A stretch of 64,000 bases of DNA, taken from positions 96,001 through 160,000 of the forward strand of contig JBQTHB010000006.1 in the NCBI GenBank assembly GCA_052390235.1. Reading direction: 5' to 3'. The notes under the pieces are model-generated. The model was given only the letters and a program-made list of their open reading frames with translations, was not told the origin of the DNA and did not search any database. The translations under genes were made by a program, and so were the position numbers. Origin of the DNA: Deltaproteobacteria bacterium. Lineage in GTDB: Bacteria > Desulfobacterota_D > UBA1144 > Nemesobacterales > CSP1-2. This document shows, piece by piece, positions 1-9,027 of the stretch (position 1 is the stretch's first letter; each line of letters begins with the position of its first letter).

Positions 1-988
1 CAGGTCTGGCAATAACCCCCTCTCTGAGAAGGGCGTTATAAATGGGCATTGGGTCTCGGAGCAAGTCCACGAGGATAAAATTCGTATAAGACGGCGCAAA
101 GGGCAGATTCATCAGCCGAAGCTCGCCGCAGAGGTACTCAATCCCCTCCGAGTTAACTTGGCGAGAGCGGTTTACGTGTCCTATGTCGTCGAGGGCGGCA
201 AGGGCGGCTACCTGGGCTAGGGAATTTATATTGAACGGCTCTCTCACTCGGCTCATGTAGGAGATTATCTCAGGCGATGCGACGCCGAATCCGAGCCTGA
301 GTCCGGCAAGCCCGTAGATTTTGGAGAACGTCCTCACGGTGATAATTGACTTTCCGAGGCGGTGATAATCAATGGAATTCGGGTAGCCGGCGTCAGCGAC
401 GTAATCGAAATAGGCTTCGTCCATTACCACTATCACGTCGTCCGGGACACGCTCTAAAAACCCTCGAACCTCGTCCGATTTGACCATTGTGCCTGTGGGA
501 TTATTGGGGTTGGCGATGAAAACGGCTTTTGTCCTCGGCGTGATTCGAGCGAGCATATCCTGCAAATCGTGCTTGAGTCCCGGCATCGGTGAGATGACTG
601 CCCTAGCCCCCACGGCTTGAGTTACTATCGGAAAGACGATGAAAGCGAACTCCCCCATTACGGCTTCATCGCCGGGCTGGATGAATGTTCTCGCGACGAT
701 TTCGATGACCTCGTTCGAGCCGTTGCCGAAGATGATGTTCTCAGGGTTGACGGCTAGCTTTTCGGCGACCTTGCGCTTGAGGTAGAAAGCGTCTCCGTCG
801 GGGTAGCGGTTGAGTTTGCCCAATGCCTCAGCTACGGCGGCGACGGCAAGCGGCGATGGGCCAAGCGGGTTTTCATTGGATGCGAGCTTAACAGCATCGC
901 GAATTCCAAGCTCCCTCTCCAGCTCCTCGACGGGCTTTCCCGGCACGTAGGGAATCAGATTTTTGACATACTCGCTGGGCTTTATCAA
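1..988 (-). CDS. hisC: Histidinol-phosphate aminotransferase (3' end runs off the window)
   Basis: Not in the ORF track. Manual translation from TTG at 988 (SD-like GAGAGGA upstream) gives MIKPSEYVKNLIPYVPGKPVEELERELGIRDAVKLASNENPLGPSP...GNGSNE...NPNNPTG...DEAY...RTFSKIYGLAGLRLG, including the PLP-lysine motif. Confidence 0.93.
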   Translation of the reverse strand, partial: MIKPSEYVKNLIPYVPGKPVEELERELGIRDAVKLASNENPLGPSPLAVAAVAEALGKLNRYPDGDAFYLKRKVAEKLAVNPENIIFGNGSNEVIEIVARTFIQPGDEAVMGEFAFIVFPIVTQAVGARAVISPMPGLKHDLQDMLARITPRTKAVFIANPNNPTGTMVKSDEVRGFLERVPDDVIVVMDEAYFDYVADAGYPNSIDYHRLGKSIITVRTFSKIYGLAGLRLGFGVASPEIISYMSRVREPFNINSLAQVAALAALDDIGHVNRSRQVNSEGIEYLCGELRLMNLPFAPSYTNFILVDLLRDPMPIYNALLREGVIARP

Positions 989-1174
989 TGGGGAAATCCT
1001 CTCTCTACAATTTTTCAGAGCTATATAATACCATGAGAAGATGGGCGCGGATTTATCCCTATTATCTCAGCTAAAGCCATATTTCATTCCCTGCGCCGCG
1101 GGCATTTTGCATCCCAAGAGGTCTCAGTTATTATCATCTCCTTAAAATTTCATAGAGAGAGGAGGTAAGATACG

Positions 1175-2041
1175 ATGTCTAGTTTCAAACAATTTACAAT
1201 AGCCCTCGTCGCGCTCATCGCGGTAGGGTTTTCCCTTTCCACGCCGCTTGTGGCTGGAGAGAAGGCGAAGGTGAAGCTCTACGTGTTTGACTGCGGCTAT
1301 ATCACCGCAAACGACCTTTCAATATTTTCCTCAGAGGGTTTCTACAAGGGGGAGACAAAAGAACTCGTGGATTCATGCTATTTGGTAATCCACCCGACTA
1401 AAGGGATGCTCCTTTGGGACGCGGGTCTGTCGGATTCGCTGATTTCCAAGCCAGAGGGCGTGGTCGTGGGCGGCGGGGCTTTCACACTGAAGGTGAAAAA
1501 GACCCTCGCCTCGCAGCTTCAGGTCATAGGAGTCAAGCCTGAAGACGTTACCTACATCGCATTTTCCCATCTGCACTTTGACCACACCGGAAACGCCAAC
1601 GCCTTCACCAATGCCACATGGCTCGTTCAGGGCGTTGAATTCGATGCGGGCTTCGGACCGGATGCCGAGAAATTATTCTTCGACCCCAGCACCTACAATA
1701 AGCTCAAGAGCGGAAAAGTTGAGAAGCTCGACGGGGACAAAGACGTTTTTGGAGATGGCTCGGTCATTATTTACGCCGCTCCGGGACACACGCCGGGACA
1801 TCAGGTGCTGTACGTAAATCTAAGAAAGTCTGGACCAATAGTCCTCTCAGGCGACCTCTATCACTTCGAGAAGAACCGCACTTTCAGGAGAGTGCCAGCG
1901 TTTAATTTCGACAAAGAGGCGACCAAGACCTCCATTGGCAGGGTCGAGGACATCGTGGCGAAGGAAAACGCCCAGTTCTGGATTCAGCACGACACCGAGC
2001 AGAACGCAAAGATAAAACACTCGCCTGAATTCTATAACTAA
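1175..2041 (+). CDS. Exported metallo-beta-lactamase-fold hydrolase, N-acyl-homoserine lactonase (AiiA/AttM)-like
   Basis: Signal peptide; SHLHFDHTG metal motif, PGHTPGHQ, LSGDLYH; SD GGAGG. Confidence 0.8.
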   Translation: MSSFKQFTIALVALIAVGFSLSTPLVAGEKAKVKLYVFDCGYITANDLSIFSSEGFYKGETKELVDSCYLVIHPTKGMLLWDAGLSDSLISKPEGVVVGGGAFTLKVKKTLASQLQVIGVKPEDVTYIAFSHLHFDHTGNANAFTNATWLVQGVEFDAGFGPDAEKLFFDPSTYNKLKSGKVEKLDGDKDVFGDGSVIIYAAPGHTPGHQVLYVNLRKSGPIVLSGDLYHFEKNRTFRRVPAFNFDKEATKTSIGRVEDIVAKENAQFWIQHDTEQNAKIKHSPEFYN

Positions 2042-2154
2042 AGTTCTCTAATCATCGGGGCGGCGGCTCTATGGCGAGGTTGCCGTCCCGCTCCACTGTG
2101 CGCGCGCCTGCTTGGAGCGCTGCGTGATATTCTGCATATAGACTAAAAAACCGC

Positions 2155-4704
2155 TTAGAGCTGGAAAAACCGCTCAAGCCCCCTTATAACCTTATCGCTT
2201 TTATCCCGCATTCGGGCGCAGTCTGGAAGGGAATCGAGAAAGTACTTTCCGTAGCTTTTGCTTATCACCCGCCTGTCCAAGATTAATACAGCCCCCCTGT
2301 CCGATCGCGTGCGGATGAGCCGCCCGAAACCCTGCTTGAATTTCAGCACTGCCGTCGGAACGGTATAGTCAAGAAATGAATTGACGCCCTCTTTTTCCAT
2401 ATTCTCGACCCTCGCCTCAAGCACCGGCTCAGTGGGCACTCTGAACGGCAGGCGCGTAATTACCACTAGCCTCAGCGCGTCCCCCGGCACATCAACCCCT
2501 TCCCAAAAACTGTCCGTGGCAAACAGCACAGATTTATCCTCCGCTCTGAACCTGTCCAGTAGCCTAGCGCGCGGGCTTGCCCCCTGCTTAAGGAGCGGCA
2601 TCCCCAAGAGGGCGAGTTCATCCCCGATTTTCGCCGCGACGCTCTCAAGGAGCGAGTACGATGTAAAAAGCACAAGGGCATTTCCCCCAGAGGCGCGCGC
2701 CGCCCGAAGCACCATTGCGGGGAGAGCCGAGACAAAATCCCTCGATGTAGGCTCAGGCATATCGTCGGGTACGGCTACCATGGCCTGTTTTTTGTAATCG
2801 AAAGGGGATGGGATGATGCGCTCGACAAGGCGGGCAGAGTCTTCGATTCCGAGCGTGGATTTAATAAATTTAAAGCTCCCCCTAACGGACATCGTGGCGG
2901 ATGTCATGACGACGGTCTTGGATTTCGCGTAGAGTTTATCCTTGAGATGAGGCGCAATATCGAGAGGAGAGATACCAATCCCTGAGAATATCGCCGCCCC
3001 CTTGCCTATCCTCGCCTCGACCCACCTCACGTAGCCGTCGTCATTGGCATCTAGGAAAAATGAGATGACATCCGCCCAGAAGCCGAGCTTATTTGCGACT
3101 CCGGTAAATTCCGCAATGATTCTAGCTACTTCGGTCTCAGCCTCATAGTCCGAAAGCACGTCCGTAAACGCTTTAATATCGTCTCCCAACTCCTTGAGCT
3201 TGATTCTGAGAATGGAGAATTTCTTATCAACCCTCTCCCAGCCCTCGCGCTCCCTTACGGAGTCCGTAACGCGGAAGCTCGCCTCTTCGCCCCCTCCTCC
3301 GTTTTGCCCCTCGCAGGATGCCGAGCCGAAGAGGTAAAGCTCGTCAAATGCGTCCCGCGAATACTCTTCGAGCCGGTCAATTTCAGGCGAGAGTGTCTCC
3401 TCGACTTTCCTCAGAACGTTGTTGAGAATGCCTTTTCTGAAATATTTCTTGAGCTTCGTAGCGAGGGATGCCACATAAAAAATAAGCCCCTTCGCCTCGC
3501 CCCGTCCGCCCCGCCTCTTGAGCCTTCTGAGCGCGCGTATGACGGCGAATTTCGTCGCCCTCATGCCGAAGTGAGAAGTCGCCGCGTCGGCAATATGATG
3601 CCCTTCATCGAAGATGACGCGCTTGTAGGGGGGCAGGATGCCGGAGTCCGAGTGGTCGCTCGCCCCTTTGATGGACAAATCCGAGAAGAGCAGGTGATGA
3701 TTTACGATGAGAAGCTGTGCCGAAGCCATTTCGCGGCGCGCTTTGTAAAAAAAGCACTTTGAGTAATACGGACACCTCGCCCGAATACAGCTCTCGCTCT
3801 CGGCTGAGACCTTGTCCCAAGCCTCGTCCGATGGGGTGAAACCGAGGTCGGCAAGCGAGCCGTCTTGGGTGAATTTTGCCCACTCCAATATGGGTTTGAG
3901 CGAGTCAACCTCCCCTTCTTCTGCAATGTCGAACAGTCCGTCCTGCACGGTCTCGCTCCTGAGGATACACAGGTAATTGCCCATGCCCTTGACGAGAGAG
4001 AATTTAAAATCCTCGCCCAACGCGCTCTTGAGCAGGGGGATGTCCTTTTCAATGAGCTGTTCCTGGAGGTTGATGGTATTGGTCGAGATAACGACGCGCT
4101 CCTTGTTGCGAATCGCCCACTTCAGAGCCGGAATCAGGTAGGCAAGCGTCTTTCCCGTTCCAGTTCCCGCCTCGATGAGCGAGATTCCATCCTCGTTAAA
4201 CGCATCGGCGACGGCTTCCATCATCTGAATCTGCTCGGAGCGCAGTTCGTAACTCCCCCCCATCGCCCCTGCGACGCCGCCTTCAGGCAGGAGAGCGCGC
4301 CGAAGCTCATCGGGATTGAGTTTCTGCGCCTCGTTAGCGCGAAACGGCTCTACCACGGGATACACCTCTGAGGCGTCGTTGCTAACGATATAAAATCCGA
4401 CGCCGTTGTTGCCGAAGATGGATGCGGCTCTCACGTCCTGGTCGGAGGGGGTAAGATTGCCCGATGGGTGATTATGAATTACGACTTCGCCCGGCGCGGC
4501 GGCGTCAACAACGGCGGGAGTCGAGGAGTCATCGCCCCTGGCTGCGGCTTTTACCTCAAATACGACGCCGTCCTCGCCCAGAGAGCCTACGAAAAAGACC
4601 TCCATCCCCGCAGTCTCGGCTATCGCGCGCTCGATTTGCCCTCTGGCTTCATCGGTGAAATAAGTTTTCGGCACGAAGGAAAACTTAACACAGCCGCCCT
4701 TCAT
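2155..4704 (-). CDS. DinG/YoaA-family ATP-dependent helicase with N-terminal JAB/MPN-like domain
   Basis: Walker A AGTGTGKT, Fe-S cysteines (NYLC...ESC...CPYYSKC), DEGH, SAT, FWEGVD, QGFGRLIR; N-terminal HNHPSGNLTPSDQD. Exact start uncertain. Confidence 0.9.
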   Translation of the reverse strand: MKGGCVKFSFVPKTYFTDEARGQIERAIAETAGMEVFFVGSLGEDGVVFEVKAAARGDDSSTPAVVDAAAPGEVVIHNHPSGNLTPSDQDVRAASIFGNNGVGFYIVSNDASEVYPVVEPFRANEAQKLNPDELRRALLPEGGVAGAMGGSYELRSEQIQMMEAVADAFNEDGISLIEAGTGTGKTLAYLIPALKWAIRNKERVVISTNTINLQEQLIEKDIPLLKSALGEDFKFSLVKGMGNYLCILRSETVQDGLFDIAEEGEVDSLKPILEWAKFTQDGSLADLGFTPSDEAWDKVSAESESCIRARCPYYSKCFFYKARREMASAQLLIVNHHLLFSDLSIKGASDHSDSGILPPYKRVIFDEGHHIADAATSHFGMRATKFAVIRALRRLKRRGGRGEAKGLIFYVASLATKLKKYFRKGILNNVLRKVEETLSPEIDRLEEYSRDAFDELYLFGSASCEGQNGGGGEEASFRVTDSVREREGWERVDKKFSILRIKLKELGDDIKAFTDVLSDYEAETEVARIIAEFTGVANKLGFWADVISFFLDANDDGYVRWVEARIGKGAAIFSGIGISPLDIAPHLKDKLYAKSKTVVMTSATMSVRGSFKFIKSTLGIEDSARLVERIIPSPFDYKKQAMVAVPDDMPEPTSRDFVSALPAMVLRAARASGGNALVLFTSYSLLESVAAKIGDELALLGMPLLKQGASPRARLLDRFRAEDKSVLFATDSFWEGVDVPGDALRLVVITRLPFRVPTEPVLEARVENMEKEGVNSFLDYTVPTAVLKFKQGFGRLIRTRSDRGAVLILDRRVISKSYGKYFLDSLPDCARMRDKSDKVIRGLERFFQL

Positions 4705-4781
4705 TTCCAGAGTAGCGTCGTTTGCTTTGATAAAATTTTAAGGTAGCTTAATAGCGTTTCCGCTCGGATTCTTCAATCAAA

Positions 4782-4873
4782 GGAGGGGTGGCTGAGCGGT
4801 CGAAAGCGCCGGTCTCGAAAACCGGTGGGGCCCTCGCGGGCCCTCGTGGGTTCGAATCCCACCCCCTCCGCCA
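4782..4873 (+). tRNA. tRNA-Ser(CGA)
   Basis: GGAGGGG acceptor stem pairs with CCCCTCC-G-CCA; anticodon arm CCGGT-CTCGAAA-ACCGG; long variable arm; GGTTCGAATCC T-loop. Confidence 0.96.
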
Positions 4874-4893
4874 AGTTTTACCATCCAGCAAAA

Positions 4894-4922
4894 TTGAGGA
4901 AAAAATTGGGAAGTGATATAAT
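4894..4922 (+). promoter_or_regulatory. Sigma70-type promoter upstream of the RM islet
   Basis: TTGAGG-17 bp-TATAAT with extended TG; overlapped by an AAGTGATA direct repeat at 4911 and 4931. Confidence 0.55.
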
Positions 4923-4976
4923 CTATTTGCAAGTGATAAAAGTATTATGTCATTTTCCGTACATCAATAATCCACT

Positions 4977-5160
4977 GTGTCCACAATAGGAAAAAAGATA
5001 AAGAAATTTCGGCAGGATAGGTTGTCAAAACTTGCTGGTTTGTCGCTCGATAGCGTTGTTAAGATAAAGCTGGATGATAGCCCGAACCCAACAATTGGAA
5101 CAATATATGAGGACTACGAAAGCCCTTGAGGTTTCGGTAGATGGGCTACTGACGAAATAA
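4977..5160 (+). pseudogene. Degenerate XRE-family HTH regulator (RM controller/C-protein-like)
   Basis: GTG-started VSTIGKKIKKFRQDRLSKLAGLSLDSVVKIKLDDSPNPTIGTI continues in the +1 frame as MRTTKALEVSVDGLLTK*; appears to lack the short segment between helices 1 and 2. Confidence 0.7.
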
Positions 5161-5163
5161 AAT

Positions 5164-5803
5164 ATGATGAACACTATGAATGAAAAAATATTAGCGCTTT
5201 CAGAAAAATATTCTAAAGCTCTCCGTAGAAAAATGACTGAGAGAATTACTGAAATGGAGGCTGACAATAATTCTCACTATTTGATATACAGAGTTTTAGG
5301 TATCGCTATATAAAGAAGGGAAGCTGATTGATGAATACCAAAACATGGGTCGTTTTCTTTATAAATACGCAGGTTCTTTTTTGGAAGAAGCCGCAATACT
5401 ATGCTTTGAAGAAAAATTTCCGAAAACTCAAAGAAAACTTCGAATACCAAATAAACTAGGATCAAGACCAGCAACATTTGAGATTGATTGTCTTGTTGGG
5501 AAAGATGCTTACGAAATTAAATGGAGAGACGCAACAACTGACGGCGACCATATTACAAAAGAACACACCAGAGTAAAAAATATCAAAAATGCTGGGTATA
5601 AACCTATCCGTATAATGTTTTATTACCCTAACCGTACTCAAGCTATACGGATACAAGAAACATTAAAGACTATATACGCCGGAGTCAGTGGAGAATATTA
5701 CTTTGGAGAGGGCGCGTGGAAGATAATCAAAAACAAAACAGGTGTTGATTTACTAGCAATACTTGAAAATATAGCTGATCAAAAAACCAAAGCCAAAGGC
5801 TAA
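5164..5803 (+). pseudogene. ApaLI-like type II restriction endonuclease, frameshifted
   Basis: N-part ...ADNNSHYLIYRVLGIA stops at TAA 5311-5313; +1 frame continues KEGKLIDEYQNMGRFLYKYAGSFLEEAA...FEIDCL...YEIKWRDATTDGDH (PD-(D/E)xK core). The ORF track captures only 5345-5803. Confidence 0.8.
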
Positions 5804-5814
5804 TATTAAAATAT

Positions 5815-7015
5815 ATGATTAAACAAGGTGATTGCAAAATTGAACTAAAGAAAATCGAGCCTAACTCAATAGATTTAGTTTATCTTGACCCACCTTTTTT
5901 TTACACAAAGGAAGCAGTTACAAAAAACGAGGGATAATTCAAAGGAATATTCTTTTGATGACAGTTGGGAAAATATTGACGTGTACAGAAACTACATAAA
6001 GGATAGATTATTGGAATGTAAGAGGGTGTTAAAAAATACAGGCAGTATTTTTCTTCATTGCGACCGAAGCGCATCACACCACCTAAGGTTTGCCCTGGAT
6101 GATATTTTTGGAGCAGGTAACTTTCAAAGTGAAATAGTTTGGTCATACAAAAGATGGTCTAACGCGAAAAGGGGGTTGTTAAACTCACATCAAGTTATTT
6201 ATTTTTATAGCACAACCGCAGATTACAAATTCAATCATTTCTTTGAAGACTATTCTCTTACAACAAATATAGATCAGATTTTCCAAAAAAGAGCGAGGGA
6301 TAAAAATGGAAAAACTAAGTACAAAACCAATGGCAACGGTGATTACGAGCTCTTAGAAAACAAAAAAGGTGTGCCTCTTTCGGATATTTGGGAAATCCCG
6401 TATTTAAATCCGAAAGCAAATGAGCGAGCTGGTTATCCAACCCAAAAACCAATTTTACTATTGGAAAAGATAATTAATTTGGTAACTGATGAAAATGATG
6501 TTGTTTTAGATCCATTTTGTGGGAGCGGAACAACTCTTGTTGCGGCTAAATTGCTAAAGAGAAAATATGTTGGTTTTGACATTTCTAATGATGCGGTTGA
6601 ACTCACACAAAAAAGGTTGGCTAACCCCATAAAATCAGAATCTAATTTGCTAAAAAACGGCAAAAATTCTTATTCGAATCAAAACCCTGAATTTTTGCAT
6701 ATATTGGACTTAATCGATGCTACCCCAGTGCAAAGAAATAAAGGAATTGATGGTTTTTTGAATGTAAACAACTCATTGAAGCCAATCCCTGTCAAAATCC
6801 AACGGCATGATGAGACAATTCAAAAAGCGAAGCATTTACTTATTCAGGCTTCTAGTAAAAATGATTTTAAGACAAAAATATTGATAAAGACAAATAATCT
6901 TTCTGAGAGCTCACTTTTTGAATTGTCAAAGGAAGAAAACACTAAAAATCTTATCCTCACTAACAACCTAGAGGACTTTATAAAAAACAGAGAGAAAATA
7001 CTCATGTCTGAATAA
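5815..7015 (+). pseudogene. Beta-class N6-adenine/N4-cytosine DNA methyltransferase, frameshifted at a T8 run
   Basis: ATG 5815 gives MIKQGDCKIELKKIEPNSIDLVYLDPPFF; T8 at 5895-5902 shifts frame; downstream frame has YPTQKP and DPFCGSGTT. Confidence 0.85.
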
Positions 7016-7194
7016 GCGGCCGGGCAGTGCAAAGGAAATAAATGCGATAAAAATTTGGATGAGGGTTGCATCGGCTAGATTTTCAATATCCCCCCCTCCC
7101 CCACAATCTCATCAGGAGCGTCCCCAAACGCCTTTGATGTTTTCCGCGCGCCCGTATAGACTCACTAATAAACTCCTCTGCCTAGCCTGCCAAA

Positions 7195-8241
7195 ATGCCG
7201 AATCCGCTCGTATCCGTCGTCATCCCCGCAAGGAATGAAGAATCAAACATCGCCAAGTGCCTCAGTTCCGTTGTCGCTCAGACCTACGGGAATATAGAAA
7301 TTATCATCGTTGACGATAACTCCGAGGACGGCACAGCCGAGCAAGCGCGAGTCATTCAAAAAACCTGCGGCAAAATAAATCTCATCCAAAACTCTGAGAT
7401 AAAGCCCGGCTGGACGGGGAAAAATTACGTCCTATCCCTTGGAGTCGCCAAAGCAACCGGGCAGTGGCTTCTATTTCTCGACGCAGACACCGAGCTATAC
7501 CCCCGCGCCGTTGAGGAAACCCTCGCCTTTTGCCTGTCGAATAAAATCTCGATGCGCTCCCTAAGCCCGGAGCAAACGCTCGTCGGATTTTGGGAACGGG
7601 CGATTCAGCCAGTGATTTTCGACATCCTCGCCGCGCTATATGACTACGGGCGAGTGAACGACCCCGCCGAAAAAGACGCCGCCGCCAACGGGCAGTTCAT
7701 CTTCATCGAGCGCGATACCTACGAAAAAGTGGGGGGACACGCATCAGTCCGAGGGAAAATGCTCGAGGACTTGGAGCTTGCAAAATGCCTCAAGCGGGAG
7801 GGATTTGCGATTTCCTTCGGCTACGGCGGGGGAGCGGTCAAGTGCCGGATGTATAAATCCCTGGGGGAGATTATTGAGGGGTGGACAAAGGGGCTTTTCA
7901 CCCTCGCGGGGCTAAATTTCAAGAACGCCGCCCGGATTATCGCAAGCCTAATATTCGCGCTCCTGCCCGTGATGCTTTGCGTCTATTTTTCGGCGCTATC
8001 ACTTAGATTGCCGTCCCCTGTGAATTTCACCCTGCTCGGCGCATCCGTGTTATGGGGGGCGGCGGCGCATTTTCGGAGGAGGCGGCGGTTTCGAGAATTA
8101 AATTATCCGCCCAGTTCGGCAATTCTGCACCCCATCGGCGCTGTCTTTGCGATATTCCTCATCGTGCGCTCGGCTTATCCGTCCGCCACATCGGGCAAGG
8201 TGCGCTGGAAGGGGCGCGAGTATCCGGCGGATAAAAATTGA
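7195..8241 (+). CDS. Glycosyltransferase family 2 with C-terminal membrane helices (HpnB/CrtQ-like)
   Basis: VIPARNEE, VDDNSEDGT, GWTGK, FLDAD, ANGQF, LEDLEL, C-terminal WKGREY. Confidence 0.85.
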   Translation: MPNPLVSVVIPARNEESNIAKCLSSVVAQTYGNIEIIIVDDNSEDGTAEQARVIQKTCGKINLIQNSEIKPGWTGKNYVLSLGVAKATGQWLLFLDADTELYPRAVEETLAFCLSNKISMRSLSPEQTLVGFWERAIQPVIFDILAALYDYGRVNDPAEKDAAANGQFIFIERDTYEKVGGHASVRGKMLEDLELAKCLKREGFAISFGYGGGAVKCRMYKSLGEIIEGWTKGLFTLAGLNFKNAARIIASLIFALLPVMLCVYFSALSLRLPSPVNFTLLGASVLWGAAAHFRRRRRFRELNYPPSSAILHPIGAVFAIFLIVRSAYPSATSGKVRWKGREYPADKN

Positions 8242-8277
8242 GATTCCCCCCCATTTTCATGATAAGCTAAAGCGGTC

Positions 8278-8931
8278 ATGGAGAGAGAATCCAAAGCCCA
8301 AGTCCAACAAAAAACCCACAGAGACGTCCTAGAGCTTATCGAGCAGGAGAGATTCATCCTACTCATTAGGGGAAAGTCCATTGAGTCGGTCCTCGAGGCT
8401 ACGGATGCGGCGAGGAATCTTGGATTTAGGCTCGTGGGATGGGACTTTCAAACCCCCGAGGTCCAGATACTAATGAAATCGCTTAAAAAACAGGGGGGAG
8501 GGGCAAACGTCGGCGTGTTCAATGTCTCGTCGGCAAAAGAGGCGAGACTCGCCGTGAATCGGGGGGCGAGGTTTGTTTTTTTGACTCACCTCGACGGGGG
8601 AGCGCTAAAAAAATGCAGGGCTGAGCGCGTATTTCATGCGGCGGGAGCGCTCACGGCGGGGGAGATTGCCGGGTGCCTCGAAAGGCGCGCCGATGCTGTG
8701 AGCCTGTTTCCGGCGCGGGCGGCGGGCGGGGCGGCGGGTCTGGAGTTGCTCGCGAGGGCGTTTGCCAAAGCAAATATCATCCCGACGGATGCTACATCGC
8801 CGGCGGAGTCGCTCGAATATCTCAGGGCTGGGGCCTATGCCGTTGCGCCGATAATCGAGGCGAGAGAATTTGATGCAGCCTCGGAAATCCTCCGGGGATT
8901 CGCCGAAATTAAGCTCGCGCTTGAGAAATGA
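8278..8931 (+). CDS. KDPG/KHG aldolase-like protein with degenerate active site
   Basis: Eda-like segments GARFV, GALTAGEI, ADAVSLFPA, GG, EYLRAGAYAV; catalytic Lys and Glu positions are substituted. Confidence 0.65.
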   Translation: MERESKAQVQQKTHRDVLELIEQERFILLIRGKSIESVLEATDAARNLGFRLVGWDFQTPEVQILMKSLKKQGGGANVGVFNVSSAKEARLAVNRGARFVFLTHLDGGALKKCRAERVFHAAGALTAGEIAGCLERRADAVSLFPARAAGGAAGLELLARAFAKANIIPTDATSPAESLEYLRAGAYAVAPIIEAREFDAASEILRGFAEIKLALEK

Positions 8932-9027
8932 AACTTTTACCGTGATTATTGAGTTATCAGATTCATACGGCGATTCGGTAATTACCGGCGGAAAGAACTC
9001 ACGCCGCTACCATAAGAAGGAGGATTC

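Noticed and set aside
4880..4889. ACCATCCAGC found just after both tRNAs (4880 and 35039)
   Set aside because: Only 10 bp, at different offsets from the CCA; chance cannot be excluded.
5025..5656. Minus-strand ORFs in the AT-rich islet
   Set aside because: Antisense to the frameshifted controller and endonuclease genes; no motifs.
7082..7103. Possible degenerate attR copy of the tRNA-Ser 3' end (ATCCCCCCCTCCCCCA versus ATCCCACCCCCTCCGCCA)
   Set aside because: Position at the islet edge is suggestive, but the match is low-complexity C-rich and needs gaps, so it is not supportable.
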